Assembly: GCA_964035545.1 (NCBI GenBank)
Contig: OZ037765.1
Location: 30,999,504-31,063,503 of the forward strand
DNA from: Bugula neritina
Taxonomy: Eukaryota > Animalia > Bryozoa
Direction of reading: 5' to 3'
Length of the DNA: 64,000 nucleotides
Shown: piece after piece, positions 11,701 to 25,600 of the stretch
Layout: each line of letters starts with the position of its first letter
How positions within the stretch are numbered: position 1 is the first letter of the stretch
Position numbers and translations under genes: made by a program
Notes under the pieces: model-generated
Told to the model about the DNA's origin: nothing
Database searches by the model: none
What the model saw: only the letters and a program-made list of their open reading frames with translations

Positions 11701-14700
11701 AGCTGCACGATGCACTTATTGAAATAAACCCTCTAATGGAGGCATTTGGAAATGCCCAGACTAAGATGAATGGCAATTCAAGTAGATTTGGAAAATATAT
11801 AGAGCTTCTGTTTTCAGACCAAGGAGAACTATTTGGAGGTAAAATTAGAATAATTTCTAACCGAATAGTAACATATATAAATGTCTGCAATATACTAGAT
11901 TTTCATTTCTGAAATCGGAAAATGCTTTTTATGCAATCATATCTTAACCATTGATTGGTTTTAAAGTCATAATTTTTAATTAACTTTAGGGCGGGTTAGT
12001 ATATTTCTGCTAGAAAAGACCAGAGTTACCGGTTTTAATAAGGAGGAGCAAAACTTTCACATATTCTATCATATGTTTGCTGGACTCAGTGAAAGACAGC
12101 GGACTAGTGTATTGCTCACTAACCCTGACCGTCATCGGTAAGTGTGTATATTAATAATATCATTTAGGTAGATAAGCGTAATATGTATAAAAGTGTAATA
12201 TGTAGAAAAGTGAAATATTTAAAAAAGTGAAATATGTAGAGCAGTGTAATATGTGAAGATGAGTGTAACATGTATAAAAGTGTAATATGTAGAAAATTTT
12301 ATTATGTAGAAAAATGTATTAGGTTCTTTTGATCTGCAGGTTATAGTTATATTTTAATTAGTAAAGAAATATAGTTTTTTTAAGACTATGTTAATATATG
12401 TAGCTAGTAAATTGCTTCTCTAAGAATATGTTATAGCTCAAGTAACTTCCTTATCAAATAACATGTGTATTTTATTGCTACAATAAAGAAGTTAAAGGTA
12501 TTATCAGGGTAACAAAAGAGTCGCTGTGCTTTGCTACAACTTTCTTATTTAAGGTACTCACTCTGTACCACCTTGTAATATACTATTATGATATAATATA
12601 ATCAGGGAGATGATATATAGTTTCTGTTACTATTTATAGAATCCTGAAGTCAGGTGACAGCTGTTCTATATTTACCAGCAAGGCTCACCAGCTTCACCAC
12701 AAAGCGATGTTCATCAAACTTCAGAAGATTTTGACCAATACTGGCTTTTTGCAAGAGGTGAAAATTTTCACCTTTTGGAATGTCTTGTAGACCATCGATT
12801 TTGATATTTCTTTTGTAGAATCTTAGATTGGCAAAATAAATTTTTTAGAATTTTTTCATTTGAGTTTAAAGTTATATAAAGTAAGTTTTAGAATGATATA
12901 TTGAGTAAGTCTGAAATGTTGCAAATACATACCATATTTTATCAATCTTTACAGGACTGTGAAATGATATATGCGTACCTATCAGCTATTCTACACCTCA
13001 CCGATATACAATTTGAACCTGACCAGGAAACTGATGGGGTTTTTATAACTGATGAATACCCCCTTCACGTCTGTAAGTATTTCTTGTATAATTAAGGGTC
13101 TCTTGTAGTTCCTCCCAACTTGATCTTCATTCAGTGTCAGTGAAGGATCTTTTGTTTAATTTCTATGGTTATCTAATAAATAAATCTAATGAATATTATG
13201 CTGTCATGTGATGAACAAGCATAAAGTGGAAAGAATTCACTATTGTACTATATGATATGTATGACTGGTATCTGCTAGCACCTGCTATCCAATTCCAAAC
13301 AGAAAATTGTTTCAAATTCTTTTTACATTGAATTTGGAAAAATATCTGTCGCGACATGTTTAGAGCTGAACAATAATCAAATTGTTGATTTATTTAAATG
13401 TTTACATTCTTTGTGTTTTTACATTAGCTACTGAGCTACTGGGCGTGTCTGCTGAAGAGATGGCCACCGCACTGATATCTAATGTACATTTAATTAGAGG
13501 TTTGTGAATATCATTACTCTAACAGTTAAATTTGAAAAAATCAGCCCTTCTTGATTAATTTCCTGAGTGTCTTGCATGTGATAAATATCTGCACAAGGCA
13601 GTTGGAATAAAATAAACACCCAATTTAGACAGCAACATTAGACACCAACTGGCATACGAGATCTGGATTTAAACAGATTAAATTTTTACAAATCTCATTG
13701 AAACCAGCTGCACACAGCTTTTAGTGACTGCTGAAGTAAAGGTATCACTATCTCTAGGCACTGTTGACTAAGCTAATAGGTGGACAAATTATTGTGTAAA
13801 TAATTATACTCTCTGTCAAATCTGCATTTGTAAGCAAAGGAATGTGAAGATGAAATAGCAATCCACTTGTGTACATATCTGTAAGGATATAATAATGATT
13901 TATGTAAGTTATATATCTTGGCAGAGGTTCTAATCATCTCTTAGTCATACTGCCAGGCCAGTTGGACAGGTTTATCAAGTTCAGTGAGTCATTTTGGGCA
14001 ATCTTGACAGATATGACAGTCTCTACCACAAAATGCAATATTTTAGCATAGACTATAAATTGTAGATTGACTAAAATAGAGTCGCACTGCCTAGCAATGA
14101 GAGCGGTGTATGTATCATTTCTAGGCATTAAAACAGGATGGGGCATATAACAGCTAGTAGAATATAAAGACTGTATTGTATTTCATGAATATAGATAGCT
14201 CTATCTTATTATAATTGGTCCTTTGTTTAAATGAAATTCCATGTATAAATACCAGAACACTGATGTAGGTATAAATTAGTAGTTTAGAAGACAGAAGGTT
14301 TTCACTCGCTGTCATTATGCTACCACGCTATTGGCTTCCTAGTCTATAATAAAGCGAATAGCATGCCTGGATAAATAACATAAACTGATTATACAAACAT
14401 GGACTTTGCCCTGACTCTAAATAAAGTATTAGGTAGTATTAGGTCGTAGAAGCTATCATGGATGACATCCAGTGAGAAATTTGCTGCACACATGTTCAAA
14501 CACTATTATTCTTATTTGTAAAGATGAGTTTAATAATTTTAAGTAATATTATAAAGCATACAATCACTTTATACACAGTCTAAGACAGAAACTTTACTTA
14601 TCAATAGTTTATTTAGAGCGTTTCACATAATAGAAAGGGTAGAGTGACTTTTTGCATACAGAATAATATAAAAACATTGTAAGGGTTTGCTTTAGGTTGG

Positions 14701-16546
14701 TAACTAAATATAAGATATTATTGATATTCAATAAACTCTTGCTTAGTATGAAGAGCAGTTTATAGTGTAAACATACTAAGTGGTGTTACAGTAGTTGTAT
14801 ATTACTAACTGCTGGTACTAACATGCCTGCAGGAAGTTGTAGCATACTAGACAGTGCATAGATGTTATCACCATGCATATTGGCCATTATATAGAGTTAT
14901 AGACTATGCCGTGTATAACTTGCACAAAGTAGCACATGCACGCACCTGCTGACTATCCTCAACTAGCAGTGTCAATCAACTAGTCAGCTGTTTAGTGTAT
15001 ACAAGCTGGTGTCATTAGGGTCACGATTTCCTGTTAAATGAAGGCTATTGTATTCTTGTCATGACCAGACTCTGCATTATATCACTCCATTGCTATTTAA
15101 GCTGGAATGTCAGAGTATTTCTACTGTTTATAGTATTTGATATGCTCCTAGTCCGTTTAGGTGCATTAACTGAGAAATTCCAATAGCCCAAGTTCTTTAA
15201 TTTGCTTTATAAAATTTCATTTGCTATATTTTTCATCTAGAACACAAGCTTTTTTCATTACTGCACCTACCCCTCCTAGTTTAACTGATTTCTAACTGGC
15301 CTATAGTTATATAATCGTGGATGCTGCATAGTTTTGACTTGCACTGTCACAATTTACTCTCTACTTTGTATTCAATCATGCTTGTAGTGAAACCTGATGA
15401 CATTTATGCAATTCTATACGATGTAGTGTCATGTTTTATTGCTATTATTAGCTACAATAAACGTAAAAAATGACTAATATCTTTTCTTTTAAAATTGCTT
15501 GTCATCCTATTTTAGGTGAAACAATTGTGAATCTGAAGAACTTAGTTCAAGCTGGTGATGGAAGAGACGCCTTAGCAAAAGCTCTCTATTCCAGATTATT
15601 TGGCTGGATTATCAGCAAAATTAATAACAAGTTGAAACCTGACCTCTCTTATGCGTAAGTGTCTGTTGGTATGGTAATCATATTATAATCTCTATTGAAA
15701 TACCATCAGATTTGCATGCAGTTGATTCATAGCAACATGTATATCTGCCCTAAACTTAGTTTTTAGAACAATTCATGTTACCAGATAAATTGTACTATCT
15801 AAGTTTAAGAGCATTTTTTCAAATGAAACCATTCCAACTGTGACTTATAATATCTGCCTGCAGGCTTTACATTATAAACAGAGCTGCGAATGAATTATAT
15901 TTGTTGAATTATGTTGAAATAATACTAGCTAAGCTTTCAGAGATAAAGCTTGAAACCAGAGTAACTACAAGAACACAAAGAGCCTTGTCAATTATAAATA
16001 TATACTTTTGATGTAGTATTAATGTGCTTTTGTGCTTTTATATTTCGTATATTGAAATATAGTAATAATATAATCAATATATAACATAATATAATCAATA
16101 TAATATATAACATAATATTGTCTCAGCTATGTACTTTTGACTGTAGGCCGAAGAAATCATCCTGCCCTGTTATTGGCTTACTGGATATCGCTGGTTTTGA
16201 GAATTTCACGTCTAATGGTTTTGAACAGCTCTGCATCAACGCATCCAATGAGCAGCTACAGCACTACTTCAATCAGCATGTCTTTGCATGGGAGAAGAGA
16301 GATCTGGACAAGGAGGGAGTTAAAACTAGTCACATTTCTTTCACTAATAACTCAGAAATCCTTGGCATGTTCATTGAGGTAATTCAAGCAGATTGGGCCA
16401 TATTTTAATATATCATAGTGTAATAATAATTGTTTGGAGCTATTTTTGTTGAGACACCCTGGTTAGTGAAAGTGCTACTACTACTGCTACTGCTACTGCT
16501 ACTACTACTACTACTACTACTGCTACTGCTACTGCTACTGCTACTG

Positions 16547-16635
<89 letters not shown>

Positions 16636-19600
16636 GTTACTAATACTACTTCTGCTACTACTACTGCTGCTACTACTGCTGCTGCTACTGCTGCTGCTAT
16701 TGCTACTAGTACTACTACTAATAGTACTACTACTGATAGTAATAGTGGTGGTAATTGTGATATATAGTAGGTGGTGGTACTGGAGGTAGTGATGCAATAT
16801 ACTTTTGGTGCTGCTCTTTATTGTAATGTTGCTGTTGTCTACTTGATATTGAAGAGACCCTTAGGACTCTACGCACTGATAGACGAGGAGAGCAAGTTCC
16901 CTAAGGCTACAGCTAACAGTTTACTGGAGAAGGTCAGGAAACACTTGGTTAAATATTCATGTATAAAAAAGGAGAAAGGAAGAGAACCCCTGTTTACTAT
17001 TCAACATTACGCTGGACCAGTATGTACTATTAAATCATATGCTGAAAACTGGGTCCAACTTTGTGGTCCCTCAATTGTATTATTTTGCCGGTAGTAATGT
17101 AATTCACTTGGTTAATTTGATCATTATTTGACATCACAATCCCTCAGTATTCATACATATTGTATGAGATTATTTAATATTTAATTTAAGCAGATTGTGG
17201 TGTTGTGTGAATAGTTGTGTGTACATTATCTAGTGGAATAGAGCTGTATTCACCAGGTGATAGAAGTAATCTAATGATTATTATGACTCTGAAATTAGTC
17301 CAAGTGGTTTGCCTAGCTTAATGAATATTGCATATACTATATGCAAATTACATGTTCTAAGATAATTAAGATCTGTTTTTACTACACATAACAGTTGCCT
17401 AATTTAATAGAATGTTTTCTAAAGTTATAATAGATAAATGGTAAATTTTCAAATTATTATACTATGCATGTAGTTACTAGTTATTACAATAATATATTAC
17501 ATAAACAATATGCACTATAGTGGATTTATCATATTCAAGTTTATTATACTTGGATCCTAATATACTTACTATATACTCACTATGTACATACTTACTATAT
17601 ACTCACTATATACTCACTATATACTTACTAAATACTTACTATATACTTACTATATACCAGTTGAACCTGCTATAAATTATCTGCATCCTCTGCCCACCAG
17701 GTCACCTACTCTGTCTCTGGGATGCTGGAAACTAACAGAGACACTCTCAGTCAGAACATTCTGGAATGTTTGGAGCGCAGCGAGTCTGGCATGATCTATC
17801 AGCTCTTTTCTGCTCGATTCTCTGATAATGGGGAGTTGTCCACACCGTAAGTTCATCAAAGATGGTATAAGTTTACAGTCTGAGGCAGACTCAAAGCTTT
17901 ATTAGCATGAGCACTTAATTTTCTACTCATGAAAATCTTTAAGCAACATCTTTTCCCTGTAGATACTTGAAAATATAAAAATAATTTAACTAGTAATGAA
18001 ATAGAATATACATTGTAGGGGTACACTGAATAAGATATAAATGTACATGTATCAGAGGTATAAGGTTATCTATCAAATGTTTTATATGTTACTACTATGC
18101 ATCATCACCAAGTAGTACTAGACAGCGGTAAGAGTTTATATAAACAGAATTTAGGTTGTATAGAAATGTGTTGCAATTATGTAGTCATATTACTTGATAA
18201 TTTGCCAGACCTTTACAACAGGGAAGCTACAGTAAGTATGTAAATACGTTGCTAAGTAAGCTACAGCAAATATTTAAATACATTACTAAGTAAGCTACAG
18301 TAAGTATGAAAAAAGTAAGTTGGTAAGTTAGAATTTTAGCTCGTACACAGGCAAAATATGTAACTCTACTAATAGTTATGGTATCTTTATAAAAACAATA
18401 TGAATCACAGTGTGGTGTTGACAAGTCAGGCCATAACATGTCTGCATGCTATGGTGAAACCCTGCAAGCTTGCTGCACAACATGTCTTACAGAACTGACA
18501 TGCATTCGTATCATTATCATACAGCAATGTGTGACCTACATCACTGTATGATGGAGGGAAACTTGTCATCATAAATTATAATATTTTTTTTAGTTATTTA
18601 TTAGTCTGTGACAGTAAACATCAAGGTCACAGATGATTGGATGATTTATAATCACGGTGACTGCTATTGGTTGAATACTTTTTTACACAAATTATTGCTA
18701 CTAACTCTTGTTTTAATAGTTTGTGCTTATTTTTTATGCTACTAATGCCAATATGATATTAAATTTACTGGTGAAATATGCTGTAGGAACCAGGAGCTAC
18801 GCAGAAAGAAGTCTATTCTGATGTGTAAGCAGCCGACGTTAGAAAGAGGAAAAAGTCTTTCGAAAACAGCTGGCAGAAAAGTTAGACAAAAGTAAGCATA
18901 ATTTTCTCTCAAAACCTCTATGACGAACTTCTTTTTCATTTTCACCTTTTTGATATAAGGTAAAACTATATTCAGGATACCGACATGTGGAGTGTTGATG
19001 TATTGATGCATTAGTAAAAGCTGTGATGGATTTTGTTGACCTCGCTACACTTGTGTTTTCACCAGCTGTTGCCATTTTGAACTGCTTTAAAGAGCTTTGA
19101 CTGCATCTTGATATTGTGAGGTTCAAACGTTCAGTTCATTGGTTGGTCTATCAATGAGATTTTTATTGAACTTTGCATAATTTTTTGTATGACTTGCAGC
19201 ATGAAGAGAGCGCTTAAAGAGATCCAAGATGATTCTTTTTATAAGCACAGGACTGTTGGCTCGCAGTTCCAGGTGAATTAATTTAAATATGTTTGAAGTC
19301 ATTGATTCTATTAAACTCTGTTATTAGGCGTTATCTTCTTTTGATATATTATAATGGATATTGCTAACTTTAATTAGTATATTCACAAATTAACAAATTA
19401 AATAAGAAATATCTACTTCTTATAATAGTGGCTATTTTTTAGTTATTTGAGAGATTGTTTTGAAAATCCAGGTCTGCATAACAAAAATGGTTTTGTATTA
19501 TCTTAAATTTAGGAGATGGATTGCAGCAAAATTTTTGAATGTTCATCACCATAGGAGTTACTTTCTCATGTTGTAAGCTTTGTTTCTAGGATTCCCTGAC

Positions 19601-22600
19601 TGCTCTGATGACTAAGCTAATGCAATGCCAGCCTCATTTTATTAGATGCATCAAACCTAACAACTCACAGGCTAGTCAGTTGTTTGAGAGGAAACTGGTT
19701 GCCCAGCAACTGCGATACACTGGCATCTTAGAGACTGTAAGGATAAGACACGAAGGGTTTCCCGTCCGTCTGCCATTTCAAGTATTTCTAGACCGGTTCG
19801 TAGTTTTCACTTTCCAATTTCAAACTCGTTGAGGTTAATTGTGTAAAATTTTCAAAATTTTGAACAAATCTGTGTTTTAATTTTCATTTATTGCTTTATT
19901 CTTAGTCTTAGCCATATTTTACTGTAAAAACTTGTCTCATTGTTAGTGTACACATGTGGTTGTATTAAGAGCAAAACGCTTTATAGGTTATATGGGATTT
20001 ATCTTCTCTTGTGATCAACCACTAATCTTCATTATTAATGTTAGCAAATTTTTTTCTCTTAGGTACAAGTTCGTAAGTTATCCTCTCACAGCAAAAGTGG
20101 AGGCGGGGACTGCTGCATGCCACACGGTATTAAGAGAAGCTGGTCTCCACAAGTGGGAGCTGGGCACTAGGAAGGTTGGCAGTTTTACCATCCCATCATT
20201 TCTTTCTAAGATGTGTTAATATATTATATTGCGTGGCTTTCACCTTGGCGTAATAAACTTATGTATTAATTGACTCAACTTTTAGGAAGATTTCCTACAG
20301 GTAGGAAATCTGAAAGCGCCCTTAGTTTGGCTGATTGTTTCTGATATTGCTAGTTGATGCTTTTTTTCTAAATTTTGCGCATACACATGTCTTTAAAACT
20401 TGAAATATTTTATATTGAACAAGTTTGCAAATAAATTTGCTTTGCATTATTGTGAATTATTTATAGTAATGTAGTCTTTTTTCTCATTATTTGTTTTTTT
20501 TTTGTCATTTTTCATTGTTTGTTATTTAATATATGTAAATATTTCAGGTGTTCCTAAGGTACTGGCACCCGGAGCAGCTGAAACTGGTGATGGAGAGGAG
20601 GGTGAGGCAGGTTGTGCTGGTGCAGAGTCTAGTCAGAAGGTTCATAGGATGCAGGAAAGTGCAGCAACTCCGTCAAATACTTGAGGCGAGAAAACAAGCT
20701 CAAACGAAGTCCTTCCTCATGATGGTGGCAGAACGGAGTCAGCAAATGCACGCTGACTTGAAAGAATTACATAACCTGGATGTGACTAAACACAAGCAGA
20801 ATGTAAGATATGTGTAACACTAATAAAGTGTGTATGATGTAGACTAACGCATTGAAATTGGGTGACTTTTCATTTTGATGCAGTTGAATTATTTTGATTT
20901 CAAATGTGAGACAATAGCTGTAAAATTATAAGTGCATTTATTTGAAATGCCTAGTATTGCAAATATAATAGTATATTACATGATAAAACTGCTTCAATAC
21001 AGTTTATATTTTACTGATAAACGCATGTTACAGTTTATAAGGCTGCGTAGAATTACAAAAAAATTTGCTAATTCTGTATATCACTGACTTGAACTGAAGT
21101 GCCTGAAGAATTCAAGTTTTTTAAATATTAATATATACATTTTTTATGGATACATCAGTTTGACTTAATGTAATAATTCATTAAATTAGGCAATGTGCTG
21201 TTCAAATTCAGTTACCTTTTATACAACTATCTATAATATACGTATGTATACATGCACAATATACAGTATACATATACTAGATATTTCTAATGCCAATATT
21301 ATTCACTGCCAAATGTTTAGTTAAATGACTTGGCGAGGGAGGCTGGAGAGTCTAAAATTCGTGAGCAAATGATTGAAGAGAAAAGACGAAAGTTAGCCTT
21401 AGCCGAAGCGGAGCGGGAGAAGAAAGCTGCTGAACTAAGGCTGGCCGAGGCTCAGAAGCGAATACAAGAATTAGAAACAACTCGTAAAGTAGAAACTCCT
21501 TCTTCCATTAGTTCTTCATCTTCAAGGTTGGGGTTGAAACAGTAATTTTATAATATTACTTTGCATTCGGTTCAATAAATGCGCCTTTTTTATAAGAATG
21601 ATGATATGACAACTCCAGAATTAACACCCAAATATGTCATTTGACTACACATGTAATGCTACTTCAGCTGATCTCAAACCATTATGTTTCTGCAGTGGGT
21701 TTGAAGATGATCTTCCTTCACCTGAGTTGAGTAACGAGGAGCCTAAACACACGTGGCGTAAGCAGAGAGCCAACCATAAAGATCACGTGGCTGGACTCCG
21801 GAATCTTCTGGAATCGAAGGCAGAACCACCTGAACAGGAGAATGTGAGACTCAATAAACAAAAATGGGTACCAATCAATGAAAGACTGTACGCCACACCG
21901 GTTTGTCATTATGTTTAGTTAAATTTTGATTATTATAGGCTAAAAATGGGATTAAACCATTGCATTTAATTTGAACTTTAACTTGCTTTTTGTTGCATTT
22001 GTGAGTTTTGATAGAGTCAGAAGTGATTAGTTTCCATTTAATATTCAAATTTAGACTTTTGATGATCATTTTCATTGTTCCCAAATTGGCTACTCTTGTA
22101 TATCTTTATCATGGACATATTGGTACCTATTTCATATTTGTAAACAATGTTTTGTCAGAGGTGCCAAATATGATCTCAACTTTTTAAATCCTGGCCTTCT
22201 GAAAGCAAATTCAAATTTAATTAATATTTCCTCAAAATGCAAATTAAATTTTTTATGTAGTAGTGTGCATGATGAAAATTAGGTACTGAAATATCTGTCC
22301 AGCTGTTATAAATCCGCTTAAAAGAGACATGGTCATTTTTGATAAAAATGTAAATCAGTCAAGTTTTACTATCTCATAAAGCTATAAATCTGAAAACAGC
22401 TCCAAGCATAATAATGTTGGCACCCCTGTATTTTGCATTTGTTTATTTCAGGCATGTCCTTATGGCGTTGCTAGAAAGTCTCCAGCAAGACCCCTTCATT
22501 TACGAAGGTAAGTTTTTAGTTATACCGAAAATTTCACTCCTAACAAAAAAAGTTCAGAGAATGTTTATTTAAATAATATACTAAGTTGCTTTGGAGTTTT

Positions 22601-25600
22601 ACCATTAACTGCACTCAAATGAGTGGATTTTAGAAGTTTTGAAGAATTCTAGAATTCCATTATAAGTAGTATTGTGAGGTTGCTCTAACATTTGGTGATT
22701 ATACCTCCAAATTTTTTCGAATAATGTTTTTCAATTTTTCAAGACATTAAATGTTATACTACACTGTCAGTAGTGTTTGGGTATGACAAGAATATTTAGT
22801 AAGGAGTTAGTTATATCATTGGAACACATGAATGCTTTTTATTTTAGCATCTTTTCAGACCCTAGTCATGGTCAGGTCTATGATCCTGAGAATGTATCTC
22901 ATTACGCCAGACAATCAAGTCACAGCAAGATATTAGTCAACAAAGTGGAACACTATAATGTAAGTGTTATTCTCTTGTATTTACAGGTGTATTGTCATTA
23001 TAAAGCTGTATGTACACCTATGAAACTGTACGTACACCTATGAAACTGTACGTACACATATGAAACTGTATGTACACATATGAAACTGTACGTACACATA
23101 TGAAACTGTATGTACACATGAAACTGTATGTACACATATGAAATTTTATGTACCCTTGTGAAGTTGTATGTACCCTTGTACCCTTTTATGTACACATATA
23201 AACTTGCATATGCGTGTGTTAAATTGTCTGTACCCAGGAAATTGTATGTACACATATGTAAGTATGTACATGTATGAAGTAGTATGTACAAATACCAAGG
23301 CATGTCTACATGGGTAGCTATTCCTTGCGATAATAGTATTGTCACTAAATTATATATCTTTTACAAATAGACTGTGTTTCATTGTTTTTTTCTGCTTTTT
23401 AGGGACTAATTCAGGAAGCGTTACAAAGTGAATCAGAAACCCAGAATAAAAGCAATTGGGGAAAACTTGTATATATGGAGAAATCTCAAAGGTTAGTGTA
23501 CAAGTTATACTATCATGCAAAACTACTGCATATTTCAGCTACAGAATGTATTATTATGAAATTAATGAACAAAATTTTTGAAGGTTACCCTTTATTAAGA
23601 TTTGCTGATAATATAAAAATTATATAATACATTTGTATTTCAATATTCAGCTTATAAATAATTCACACAATAATACTTTTGATCTTTATTTCTGATTTAC
23701 CTTTTTAGTATTAGTTTTTTAAATACCATAATGCTTTGGTAATCGTGGTAAAGCAACTGTTGTGAACATTGTTTTATCTGTGAAAAATCTAGATATGAAA
23801 CTTTGTTATTCTAAAGTTTTTGTCTCTTGCTTAAATTTTGCCTCGGACGCAATTGAACCCAATAGTTTGACTGTTCATTATCTGCATAGCTGTTTCTTTC
23901 ACTTACAGGTGTGCAAGCTTCATTCTAACTGAGCCAGTTATAAAGGTAGATGGAGCACACTACTCCTCTGACCCTTCTAATCATGTGGCTTTAAACTCCG
24001 TTGAAAATTTATTTCGAGACGAGCAAGTTGGAAAAATAAGAGAATACATCGGGAAGGTAAATTTCAAACTACTGGTATTAGTTGAAATATGAATATAATG
24101 AAATATTGAAAATATAAAAATAAATAAATGAATGTTATAAATACATAAATATTATGAATATGGAGTATTATAAAGGAATACATTTACTAGTCAGATTTGG
24201 TAAATTGATTGTAAAAGAAGCGAGCTAATTACTAGCCACTTGCTGGTTTGATGTTTTTTTACGTGCCTTTGGCTAACTGATACTTATATGCTTGTATTAT
24301 ATTGTAATGGGTGACATGCATGTTGTTTTGTACATTATTTAGGGCATGCAACTCCAAATAGACACCGAAGGTGACATATGGGCCAAGAAACTAGGAATGA
24401 ATGACATAATAGTTCAAGATCACAATGATCCGTCATTGAGTTGTATATCAGAAGAGGTTATTAAAGATAGAGGGAGGTTGCAGAAGGATAAGAGGGTTAA
24501 GGTAATCTTAGACTCCTGTAGCTTCAGTTAAAATTTATGCTAAAATAACTAGATTGATTTGATTTGTTTAAAACTTGCTTGTCAAGCTAAATTTACGCTG
24601 ACATTAGTCTGATGAACTAGGGACTGTAGTTAGCAGCATTGATGATAATCATAGGTTAAGGTAGAATGACTTATGTAGGTATGTAATTTAATGAAGGAAT
24701 GTATTTACGTTTATTCAAATTTGCAGATTTTTGTATAATTGTCATGCTTTTATTTTATATTTAATTTTTTTGTAGATTTTTGATATGAAAGAATTTCGGA
24801 GTCATGTGATCTTGGAAATGCACAAGGCAGGATTAGGCAGAATAAATCTTAAAGATCTTTATTCTCGTTGCTGCATTGTATCCTTGACATTGGTGAAGTC
24901 TTCGATAGATATTATGGAAACGCCATGTTGGATCAACATAATAAACTTAGGAGCTCTTCGAATGTTAAGAGATGAAAATGGTAGGTCATTAGTCAACGTG
25001 AATAAAACATATACAGCAATATTTTCAATTGTCAAATTATTTCAATTTATGATGTTAACATTTCAGTTATGGCAGACTTTGAAAATGAGTTGAAGAAAAT
25101 CATGAGGTCAAACATTGACTTCACCAAGATTAGTCAACTGGTAAGAACTCTCTTACAACTACAGTTATCGCTTGTTGCAATATTTTAGGCAAATTCATAA
25201 TGTTTTACTTTTGTTTCCTTAATATGCGGTTAGAATATTTTATAGCCTCCAATTGCTAAACAAAAGCCGAAGAAAACAGATAAAAAAAAGGAAAAACTAC
25301 CTCAACGAAAAGATCAAGAAGCAGGCAAGGTCTTTGGTTAGTTGGTTTTTAAAATTATCGAGTAATAAGAGTGTTCTTACATAAATAACTCTGCAAAATT
25401 CTACAATGCTGCAAAAATCGGAACTACAAGTCTTATCGTGAAATATTGGAAGAGTCTCTTGAAATTCACCTTCTGTTCCGTGTTATTGTTATGATTATTA
25501 TCAGTTTGCGTCGCAGATTATAATTCTTAGCTTCATGCAAGTTGCAATATGTTTGCTTTCACATAAAAAAAAAATATTTATAACAATTCAAACAATATTT

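Noticed and set aside
13934-14146. ORF beginning PHPVLMPRND, weakly like a BEL/Pao retrotransposon segment
   Set aside because: No further integrase motifs or LTRs recognisable.
16405-16797. Poly-Ser and poly-Leu ORFs
   Set aside because: Translations of a (CTA/CTG)n microsatellite inside an intron.
25325-25336. Possible second GC donor (CAG|GCAAGG) in the myosin tail
   Set aside because: A canonical G|GTTAGT donor 12 nt downstream gives the same phase, so GC is not required.
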